Assembly: GCF_006345805.1 (NCBI RefSeq)
Contig: NC_043000.1
Location: forward strand, 108,810,001-108,874,000
Direction of reading: 5' to 3'
DNA length: 64,000 bases
Origin: Octopus sinensis
Lineage: Eukaryota
In this document: piece by piece, positions 53,810 through 64,000 of the stretch
Layout: every line of letters begins with the position of its first letter
Numbering within the stretch: the stretch's first letter is position 1
Notes under the pieces: model-generated
Databases searched by the model: none
What the model was told of the DNA's origin: nothing
Seen by the model: the letters and a program-made list of their open reading frames with translations, nothing else
Program-made: the position numbers and the translations under genes

Positions 53810-54441
53810 TATTTCAGTCATTAGACTGAGGCCATGCTGCAGTACTGCCTTGAAATTTTAGTCGAATGATTCAATCGGCCACTGTACTTCTTTTTTAAAG
53901 TGAAGTACTTATTCCATCGGTCTCTCTGCTAACTGCTAAGTTACGGAGACACAAACACACCACAGCCGGTTATCAAACAGCGGTCGTGGGACAAACACAA
54001 AAACGTACACACACACACACACACTTCTTTTTTAAAGTGAAGTACTTATTCCATCGGTCTCTCTGCTAACTGCTAAGTTACGGTGACACAAACACACCAC
54101 AGCCGGTTATCAAACAGCGGTCGTAGGACAAACACAAAAACGTACACACACACACACACACTTCTTTTTTAAAGTGAAGTACTTATTCCATCGGTCTCTC
54201 TGCTAACTGCTAAGTTACGGAGACACAAACACACCACAGCCGGTTATCAAACAGCGGTCGTAGGACAAACACAAAAACGTACACACACACACACACACTT
54301 CTTTTTTAAAGTGAAGTACTTATTCCATCGGTCTCTCTGCTAACTGCTAAGTTACGGTGACACAAACACACCATAGCCGGTTATCAAACAGTGGTCGTGG
54401 GACAAACACAAAAACGTACACACACACACAGACATACACAG

Positions 54442-54503
<62 letters not shown>

Positions 54504-54650
54504 CACGCGCGCATACGAAGAGCTTCTTTCAGTTTCCGTCTACCAAATCCACTCACAATGCTTTGGTCGGCCCAAGGCTACAGCAGAAGACACTTGCCCG
54601 GAAGCATGTGGCTGGGAAGCAAGCTTCTTACTAAACAGCCACGCTTGCGC
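53810..54650 (-). mobile_element. SINE family B containing four tandem copies of a 137-bp internal unit
   Basis: Units start at 53887, 54024, 54161 and 54298 (cttcttttttaaagtgaagtac...); SINE tail at 53810 and head at about 54650. Confidence 0.85.
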
Positions 54651-54715
54651 CGATATATATATATATTATATATATATATTATATTATATATATATACGAG
54701 TATATAATAAATTAA

Positions 54716-55085
54716 TAAATAAAACATATGGATATATACATACATATATATATATGTACGAACCTACCTCTACATGTATATATACATGCATATATGGGTA
54801 CAGGACACCAAAAAAAAAAACGTCGAACACAATGAGAAACGAAAACATAAACACAAAAACAAGGAAATGGACATTTCTTTTAAACAACGAAAAAATAGAG
54901 TACAGGACATACAAAACAAGGAAAATTCCCCTTCTTCAGTCGCCTTAGTTTCATCTACTCCACGTTTCGAAGGTCAAGGCGATACATGACTTCTATAAAA
55001 CTTTCCTTCCCGCGAAAATCAAATTAAATGAAATTTGAGATTTTTTTTGCGGAGGGGTGAAAATGGTAACAAAAACATATATATC
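54716..55085. mobile_element. Interspersed repeat, same family as 19170-19650
   Basis: High identity over more than 300 bp. Confidence 0.75.
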
Positions 55086-55235
55086 CTGGGGTTAAAATGT
55101 AGTAACATAGTTCTATATAGAACAACCATGGCATAGTGGCAAAAAAACAAAAAACAAAACAAAAAAAAACAAACAAGCGTTGCCGTATAGTGTTGTTACT
55201 ACTTATATCCCGTTTAGAGATTTTAGGATTGCTTG

Positions 55236-55266
<31 letters not shown>

Positions 55267-55299
55267 CATACTACATACATACATACATACATACATACA

Positions 55300-55365
<66 letters not shown>

Positions 55366-55549
55366 ATATAATATATATATATAATATATTAATAGTAATA
55401 GTATGACAACAAGAGAATGAAAGAGACCTCAATATTATGTAAATAGAGGAATTTACCTCAAACATATGTGCCAATTATTCGGAGCTTTATTAGACAACCG
55501 AATAATTGTCACGTTATATTACAGATATCTCTTTACTCTTTTCACTCTT

Positions 55550-55910
55550 TTACTTCTTTCAGTCATTTGACTGTGGCCATGCTGGAGCACCGCCTTTGGT
55601 CGAGCAAATCGACCCCGGGACTTATTCTTTGTAAGCCCACTACTTATTCTATCGGTCTCTCTTTGCCGAACCGCTAAGTGACGGGGACGTAAACACACCA
55701 GCACCGGTTGTCAAGCAATGCTAGGGGCAAACACAGACACACAAACCACTACAACACATACATGTATATATATATTATAATATATATTATTATATATATA
55801 TATGACAGGCTTCTTTCAGTTTCCGTCTACTAAATCCACTCACAAGACTGAACCCGGAACCATGTGGTTGGTTAGCAAGCTACTTACCACCCAGCCACTC
55901 CTGCGCCTAT
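55550..55910 (-). mobile_element. SINE family B
   Basis: Tail-to-head blocks, with a deletion in the central domain. Confidence 0.8.
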
Positions 55911-55928
55911 ATATATATATAGAGATAG

Positions 55929-56028
<100 letters not shown>

Positions 56029-56422
56029 TGTTGTGTCTGGGGAGAGTCATTCTCTTTTAGTACCTTATAATTTAACACACTCCCCGGTAAAGTTTCCACT
56101 CATTTACTTATTTATTTTTCTAAAATTTCCGTTGCGTCTTGCAACTTTTCCATTAATCGTTGACTTTGTCCGTTTTCCGAGATGCTTTCTTTTTGTTTAT
56201 TTGTGCGCATGTGTGGGGGTCAGTGTGTGTGCGCATACACATGTATGTATGTATGTATGTATGTATGTATGTATGTATGTATGTATGTATGTATGTATGT
56301 ATGTTTTATGTATGTATGTATGTATGTATGTATGTATGTATGTATGTATGTATGTATGTATGTATGCATGTGTGTACATGCATGTATATATGTTTATGTG
56401 TGTGTGTGTGCGTATGTATATA

Positions 56423-57686
56423 CAGGGTTTGGACAAAATAATGGAAACACCTGAAAATTTCAAACAAATTAATTCTACTATGGGGTAGGAGCGCTTTTGG
56501 CAGTAATTACAGCTTGAATTCAACGAGGTATGGACTCGTACATAGTTTGAATTGCTTCCAAAAGAATTTTTGTCCCTTCTTCAGCTAAAACGGTCTCCAG
56601 TTCTTGTAGTGATGATGGTGGAGGATATCGACTCCTTACTTGTTTTTCTAAAATGCACCATAAATGTTCAATAATATTGAGATCTGGGGACTGTGGTGGC
56701 CAGATAAGATGTTCAACTTCACTTGAATATTCCTCGTGCCATTCAGTAACAACTTTAGCTGTGTGAATTGGTGCATTATCATCCTGAAAGATTGCGTTTC
56801 CCTCCGGAAACAGTTCCGGATGAATTTGATCAGCTAAAGTGCTTAAATAGTCTATTAATTCTGCCGTGAAAGGAAGCCATTGGGTCAGCGGATTTCCAAG
56901 ATATAGCCCACCCCCAGAGCATCACAGATCCATCCTCCCCCATGTTCAACAGTTGGAAGAAGGCAGTGTGGATCAAACGCTTCTTTTGGCTGTCTCCACA
57001 CGTATACTCGGCTGGTGGTCGGAAATCAGGTGAAGGATGAATCGCCCGAGAAAATAACATTCTTTTACTGCTCTAGGGACCAATTCTGTAGGTTTTTACT
57101 CCACCCTAAACGCTTTGCAATGTTTGTTTTTGAAAGTAGTGGTTTTCTGATTGCAGCCCTCCTGTGAAATCCAGCTTTATGCAGCTCCCAGTGAACAGTT
57201 TTTGTGGAAACTGGGTTCTTGGGTGGTCATTAAGCTCTGCAGTAATTTGGGAGCTGTACGTTTGTGATCCTTTCTCACAATTCGCGTAAGAGTCCGACGG
57301 TCCCTATCTGAAAGTTTTGGTTTTCTTGCAGAGTTTTGTTTCGACGAGGAGGTTTTTCCCTCTTTCTCAAAGGCTGTCATTACTTTCGAGACAATACTTC
57401 ATGATACACCAAACATTTCAGCTGTTTTTGTTATGCTAGCTCCTGCCATACAAGCACCAACAATTTGACCTCTTTGAAAGTCCAATAGATCTGTCATGTT
57501 AATGAACTTTAATTATCTTTTTCTGAAGATATCCGAAAAGAAACAGTCATTTTAGCAAAGCATATTAAGCAACACTAATAATAAATCAAAAAACATAAAA
57601 ATAAACAAGCTTTTGACGGTTTTAGAGATATTTCAGAATTATGGTGGTATGATGCTAGGTGTTTCCATTATTTTGTCCAACCCCTG
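56423..57686 (-). mobile_element. Full-length decayed Tc1-family DNA transposon
   Basis: About 30-bp TIRs cagggtttggacaaaataatggaaacacct / aggtgtttccattattttgtccaacccctg with TA on both sides; minus-strand transposase remnants DFQRGQIVGA, SARKPKLSDRDRR, FQDDNAPIHTA and WPPQSPDLNIIEHLW with stops and frameshifts. Confidence 0.93.
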
Positions 57687-58474
57687 TACATACATACATA
57701 CATACATACAAAAATACCCCGTTGTTGATGTTGAAATTCCACTGCAGGAACCTTGGATCTAGGTTAGAGACCGCCTTTTTCTCTCTTGAAATAAAAGTGA
57801 ACAATGACATGCATGCACACACGTATACAAGGCGTGGCTGTGCAGTGAAGATGCTCGCTTTGCAACCACATGGTTTCGAGTTCAATCCTACTGTACGGTA
57901 CCGTAAGCAAGTGTCTTCTACTGTAGCCCCAGATCAACCTCTATATAGAATATCAATTAAGTACTTTTAGGGATAAATACCGTGAGGTTTCTACTCCCGC
58001 ATTTAGTTCACTATTCCTATTACTCAGACAATTATAAAGTAATTAGTTCTAAATTTCCATGTGCAAAGGTAGTTATTCTAATTATATTTTCTAGACTAAT
58101 CAGAGGAAGGCGAACAGCTGCCCTCACTCATACGGCTTTTACTGGCGGCCCTCAGTCGGGTAGAATCGAAACATTTGGTATTTAGTCTGAATGGCGTAGG
58201 TGTCTGTCTAAGGTTCGGGAAGGAATATTGGAATCGGTTCAAGGACGGGAGGGAAAGAATCAGTTTTAAGGAGTCAGGAGGTGGGATACACAAAATGTAA
58301 GGAGAGGAAGAGAGACGAATGGAGTGGGAAGGGAGAAGTGGTCAAATAAGCAGAGGATTGATGAAGGGAGGTAGTGAGAGAGGGGGAAGAGAGAGAGAAA
58401 GAGAATGGGAGAAGAGAGAGAGAGAGAGAGAGAGAAAAGGAGATAGAGAGGGACACAGAGAGAGAGAGAGAGAG

Positions 58475-58506
<32 letters not shown>

Positions 58507-59079
58507 TGAGGTAAGTAGCAGACAGTTCCCCTACTTCTGTCCTACAGCATTTGGCTTTGGTGAAACCCGCGAATTGACCCAAACATTCTGAATGAAACTG
58601 AGTGGACAGGCGGTAAATGGAAACTGTACGGAATGCTGGTAAGATAGAATAAACTTGGATCAGTCAGTTTCTTTCTTATTTAATACTACCATCAACCTGG
58701 CCGAAGAGTTCGCTCTGAAATCAAGAGGTGCTGGGTTCGACTCCACGGCATGGTATCTTGGGCAAGAGTCATTTTCAGTAAACCTAAACTTTGTTTGTGA
58801 AATTTGAAATATGGAAACTGTGCAGAAGCCCACTGGATCGATTGTAATTCAAAGGATTCAGTCTGCCACACAAGAAGGTCACGGCAGGACATGAAGTACC
58901 AAATCTGTGCAGGATTCGATTCTTGTCTTTCTCTCCCTCTTACTCTCTATTTGTCCGTTTGTCTCTCCTGGAAGAAATCGGTTATGGCCAGACTTGGAGC
59001 ATGTCACAATGATGCCTCTACAAAACCATCGAAGAGTTAAGGGACCAACGAGAACCCCCATCATCTATCGTTCTGAAAT

Positions 59080-59700
59080 AATTATTTCTAATCCTGGCAC
59101 AAGGCCAGCATTTGGGTGGGGGTGGGGAGGTGATGACTACATTGACCCCAAGTTCTTGAACGGTATTTTATTTGATCGATTCTCAAAGGATGAAAGACAA
59201 AGTAAGACCTCGGTGGAATTTGAACGCAGAAATGCCACTAAAATTTTGTCCGAGTTAGTCTCAGCAGATCCATCAGAAAATCAAGGAAACAGAGGTGAGC
59301 TTGTCCTGGATGTTTTCCCTGCCTTTACCTCTTTGGTCAATGGCGCAAGGTCAGCAAATTCTAGGGAAGGAGCCAAGTCGATTTCATTGCCCTCAGTGCT
59401 AATCAGATAATTATTTTATCGACTTCAAAAGTATGAAAAGCAAAGTGGGCCTCAAAGGAATTTGAATGTCACTTTAGCAGGAGAAAATGCCGCTAAGCAT
59501 TTTGGCCGACGCACTAACGATGCTACCAGCTCGTCACCTTACCGTTCTGAAACGATACTTTCTGATACAAGGTACAAGGCCTGGAATTTTGTTTGACTGC
59601 CACTTATTTTATCGACCCCCGAAAGGATGGAAAGCAAAGTCAATTGGAGCAGAATTTGAACTCCAAGCGTAAAGCTGACAGAATTGCCGCCAAGCAGTTT
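59080..59700 (-). mobile_element. Cluster of diverged SINE family A copies
   Basis: aggatgaaag.caaagt..acctcgg..gaatttgaac blocks at about 59190, 59430 and 59625. Confidence 0.7.
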
Positions 59701-60660
59701 AATCTAGCGTTCGCTGAAATAATGAAATCAAACCTGGCAATGCTTGTTCTGTTACCGGTCTCTGGTGAAGTTCAAACAAATCGTATTTATTAGCGAGGCT
59801 CGGTGCTAAGCGGGACCATATGCTACATGTTAAGATAGTGATTGGCATGAGGATAATGGATGCTTCATGTCATTCTGTTTGATAAGAGGAATACTCCTGT
59901 AAATAGTTATCTCCCTTATTCAGAGACTAAAAGAGACGACTGCTACAGCAGGTGTTCTTTTGCTAAGCCAAGAAATGAAGCCGGCATAAAAGACATCTGT
60001 TTGCACATTATCTGATAAAGGACAGGATGTTGTAATACATGCAGTTGGGAGTTTCCCTTCAGATGAAAGGAGATAAGGCGTCATTTCAAGAAATCTATAA
60101 AATCGTAGCATTTTTTATAGTTTCTTATTTTCTTTCGAATGTGTTTTAAAGTTAAAAAATTATTTCGTCTTCACATAAAGGTGGAAGCGATTATGCAACG
60201 TTATAGTTGCCAGGAAGGAATGATAAACTAAGTGTGCATGATTTAAAAATACAGGCATTAATCAGAGGAGCATTTGCCGTTCATTTGATCGCATGGTGCG
60301 TCAAATTACTCTTTTTAATAATAGTAAAAAACGAAAACTTTTTCAGTGTCACTGGGCCACAGTTCTGTACCAACCATCAAATTTCAGAAACATAATTTAA
60401 AAATATCGAAAATTATTAACAGATGAAGGCAACCACCGAACCACCGCCACCAAAAAAACAAAAAACGTTTAATCCTTCTCATGGCCAAAACATTTTTCGT
60501 TAAGCTTGTCCTAAACGTCCTTGTTTGTTTTCTCACTTTTAGTCAATCCTTGCTTCATGCTTTCTGAGGAATATAAAGCTTTCTTTTTATAAGTCTCAAG
60601 TTAGTGTTAGGGTTGTAATTGAAAATGTGCATGACGGATAATGCATGGACTCAAGGGGGA

Positions 60661-61014
60661 AAATGTCCCGTGCATCAACATATGAAGAATAGGGCAAGCT
60701 AAGGGTTAACAATGGCGAAATTTACATCAGAGGAAGAAATAATGCTGGCGATAAACAATAGAGATGTTCGTTGTAGGACGTGTGAAATAATTGATCAAGG
60801 TGGACCCCAAAACACTTCAAGAATGGAAAGAAATGGAAAATGTCCCGTGTATCAACATATGAAGCATAGGGCAAGCTAAGGGTTAACAATGGCGAAATTT
60901 ACATCAGAGGAAGAAATAATGCTGGCGACAAACTATAGAGATGTTCGTTGTAGGACGTGTGAAATGATTGATCAAGGGGGACCCCAAACACTTCAAGAAT
61001 GGAAAGAAATGGAA
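60661..61014. repeat. Tandem duplication of a 177-bp unit
   Basis: aaatgtcccgtg(c/t)atcaacatatgaag...gaaagaaatgg starts at 60661 and 60838. Confidence 0.9.
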
Positions 61015-61117
61015 AGTATAGTAATGTTTATGGATCCTATCCCTTTACCAACTCTTCTTTCATTGGAGAAAAGCATTGCCAAAACGCTGTCAGTCCATGT
61101 GGATACCATTAAGTGGA

Positions 61118-61500
61118 TGGAAGCACTCCGTCGGTTACGACGGCGAGGGTTCCGGTTGATCCGATCAACGGAACAGCCTGCTCGTGAAATTAACGTGTAA
61201 GTGGCTGAGCACTCCACAGACACGTGTACCCTTAACGTAGTTCTCGGGGATATTCAGCGTGAGACAGAGAGTGACAAGGCCGGCCCCTTGAAATACAGGT
61301 AGAACAGAAACAGGAAGTAAGAGTGAGAGAAAGTTGTGGTGAAAGAGTACAGCAGGGATCACCACCATCCCCTGCCAGAGCCTCGTGGAGCTTTTAGGTG
61401 TTTTCGCTCAATAAACACTCACAACGCCCGGTCTGGTAATCGAAACCGCGATCCTATGACTGCGAGACCGCTGCCCTAACCACTGGGCTATTGCGCCTCC
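61118..61500 (-). mobile_element. tRNA-headed SINE with RTE-type tail (third SINE family)
   Basis: Minus head ggaggcgcaatagcccagtggttagggcagcgg..ggtttcgattacc (A/B boxes); tail gccgtcgtaaccgacggagtgc resembles the RTE tail at about 7780. Confidence 0.8.
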
Positions 61501-61890
61501 AAGCCTAATGATATGTCAAATCTATCTATAAGCACATACATGTAAATGTGTGTCTGTTTATATTTGTGATAATGAAGTCAAACCAAATAATATTTTGAAG
61601 GTATTTAATACGTGGGTTTCAGATCATGCGAAATATATAATAGGGGATACGTAGCCTTTCTCAAGTGTCTTCATTTATACTCACCTTCATATATTCACAC
61701 AGAATGGAATAATATGCGATGAATGGAAATGTATTGCAAAGCGAAACTGACCGTAGCAACAAACAATATATAGCAATTCGCGTTCTCAGAAATGCTGAAT
61801 AAAATTGCTGTTGAACAATTTGTATATTTCGACGATTTGTGAAAAGGAATTCTTGTAACAAAGTACAAAAACACAGTGAAGATATATAAG

Positions 61891-61926
61891 TTCCCATGCC
61901 AGGGATTGAACCCGGGCCGCCTGGGT
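61891..61926 (-). pseudogene. 3' half of a tRNA-Glu(UUC)-like sequence
   Basis: Minus strand ACCCAGGCGGCCCGGGTTCAATCCCTGGCATGGGAA matches the metazoan tRNA-Glu 3' half as I recall it; 5' half absent, replaced by a SINE B tail. Confidence 0.55.
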
Positions 61927-61929
61927 TTA

Positions 61930-62100
61930 TAGTTTTTACTCGTTTCAGTCACTGGAGCACGGCCATGCTGAGGTGCCGCCTTGAACTGTTTAGCCGAGCG
62001 AATCAACTCCCGGTACTTATTCTATTCGTTTCTTAAGTCGAACTGCTAAGTTACAGAGATGTAAACAAACCAACACCGGTTGTCAAGTGGCGGGTAAAGA
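61930..62100 (-). mobile_element. SINE family B 3' part
   Basis: gtttcagtcactggagcacggccatgctgagg.. tail block. Confidence 0.75.
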
Positions 62101-62203
62101 TAGACACACGTACACACACGCACACACACATACATACATACATATATACATACACACATGCATACATAGATGTATTCAGTAAATAATAATAATAATAATA
62201 ATA

Positions 62204-62273
<70 letters not shown>

Positions 62274-62698
62274 TAAGGCCAACAGGCCAGATATAGTTGT
62301 CAGAGATCATGAAGGAAAAAAATGCTTTCTAATTGATGTATTAATACTAGCAGATAACGAGTCTCTAAAAGAAATGAAGAAACTTTCAAAATACAAAGAT
62401 CTGGAAATGGAGGGAACTCGAATGTGGAGTCTAAAAACAGAACCAATTCCTATCATAGTAGGTGCATTAGGCATGATAAAAAATATTCAGACAAATACAT
62501 AACAAAAACACCAGGACTTACAAACACATATAACATACAGAAAATTGCACTACTAGGCACTGCACACATCCTACGCAGAACACTTTCCATACAATAACCA
62601 TCAGAGCATCACAACAAATCACAGCACATACCCAAGGCACACAGAGCTGCGCTCGGTAGTGAAGTGAAAGCACGCCATAAAAATAAAACTACTAAATG
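62274..62698 (+). mobile_element. R4/Dong-type 3' fragment embedded in (TAA)n
   Basis: ANRPDIVVRDHEGKKCFLIDV..; high identity to 12580-13010; (taa)n on both sides. Confidence 0.88.
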
Positions 62699-62756
<58 letters not shown>

Positions 62757-62779
62757 CAATTATAATAATAATAATAATC

Positions 62780-63395
62780 CTTTGTACATCGACCCCAGTG
62801 CGAAGTACCTATTTCTTTACTGCCCACAAGGGGATACAGACAGAGGGGACAAACGGATTAAGTCGATTATATCGACCCCAGTGCGTAACTGGTACTTATT
62901 TAATCGACTCCGAAAGGATGAAAGGCAAAGTCGACCTCGGCGGAATTTGAACTCAGAACGTAGCGGCAGACGAAATACCTATTTCTTTACTACCCACAAG
63001 GGGCTAAACACAGAGGAGACAAACAAGGACTGACAAACGGATTAAGTCGATTACATCGACCCCAGTGCTTCACTGGTACTTAATTTATTGATCCCGAAAG
63101 GATGAAAGGCAAAGTCGACCTCGGCGGAATTTGAACTCAGAACGTGAAGACAGACGAAATACCTATTTCTTTACTACCCACAAGGGGCTAAACACAGAGA
63201 GGACAAACAAGGACTGACAAACGGATTAAGTCGATTACATCGACCCCAGTGCTTCACTGGTACTTAATTTATTGATCCCAAAAGGATGAAAGGCAAAGTC
63301 GACCTCGGCGGAATTTGAACTCAGAACGTAACGGCAGACGAAATACGGCTACGCATTTCGCCCGGCGTGCTAACGTTTCTGCCAGCTCGCCGCCA
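62780..63395 (-). mobile_element. SINE family A concatemer (period about 184)
   Basis: Junction cagacgaaatac|ctatttcttt at about 62975 and 63159; the head is present only on the 5'-most unit (about 63390). Confidence 0.85.
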
Positions 63396-63769
63396 TAATA
63401 ATAATAATAATGATGATGATGATGATGATGATGATAATTATAAGCTTTAAGGTTATGAATGTTCACCGTATATTGGCTACAGAAAATAGTCTAATACAAG
63501 CTCCCGACGGAAAAAAAAAGTGGGTTTCCGTACGCCTGGGAATCGATTTATAAAAAAATTTCACTCGTCACCCCTTCTTCATTTAACACAGAATACGCGC
63601 GCGCACACACATGCACGTCGACCCGGGGCTACAGTAGAAGACTCGAAAACCTCAATAAAGTTTTGAATATGTAAAAAAAAAAAAACCTGTTTGATCCTTT
63701 TGGTAGTGAGAAAAAAGAAACATCCAACAAATATTGTTTGATCTATTTCTTCAGGCTTTTCATAATACT

Positions 63770-64000
63770 CTTTTACTTGTTTCAGTCATTTGACTGCGGC
63801 CATGCTGGAGCACCGCCTTTAATCGAGCAACTCGACCCCGGGACTTATTCTTTTGTAAGCCCAGTACTTATTCTATCGGTCTATTTTGCCGAACCGCTAA
63901 GTAACGGGGACATAAACACACCAGCATCGGTTGTCAAGCAATGCTAGGGGGACAAATACAGACACACAAACACACCAGCATCGGTTGTCAAGCAATGCTA
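63770..64000 (-). mobile_element. SINE family B, young subfamily (runs off the window)
   Basis: Nearly identical to 8355-8545. Confidence 0.85.

Noticed and set aside
58095-58185. Candidate exon after ttttctag (TNQRKANSCPHSYGFYWRPSV)
   Set aside because: No recognisable homology, weak donor and stops in all frames shortly after.
59990-60075. Macro-domain-like VVIHAVG peptide
   Set aside because: A short match bounded by stop codons, without convincing splice sites.

Overview
AT-rich (roughly one third GC), microsatellite-saturated animal genomic DNA, with one 100-N scaffold gap at 41266-41365. The SINE families and the density of (TA)n/(CA)n/(ACAT)n tracts are what I recall for octopus (coleoid cephalopod) genomes; this is pattern recall, not a database hit. 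No host protein-coding gene can be supported, and almost all ORFs in the track are microsatellite read-throughs. The window is a transposon landscape. Retroelements: two abundant tRNA-derived SINE families, CR1/L2-type, RTE, R4/Dong-type and L1/Tx1-type LINE fragments, a Penelope (RT + GIY-YIG) element with non-autonomous relatives carrying minimal hammerhead ribozyme motifs, and a complete internally deleted Gypsy LTR element with an intact gag-protease ORF. DNA elements: a full-length decayed Tc1, a decayed mariner, MITEs and a Helentron-type HINE. The most unusual signals are (i) a 1.7-kb gag-only LTR retrotransposon with LTRs, PBS, PPT and TSD; (ii) a five-fold ATTGG-N12-TGACGTC module array plus TATA box in the Penelope 3' repeat; (iii) an intact minimal hammerhead ribozyme; (iv) SINE concatemers with the same junction at independent loci; (v) a SINE/LINE shared tail with a compensated stem-loop; (vi) several long near-perfect inverted repeats next to (TA)n; and (vii) apparent partitioning of retroelement families among different microsatellite targets. 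All coordinates were read by eye and may be off by a few bases.
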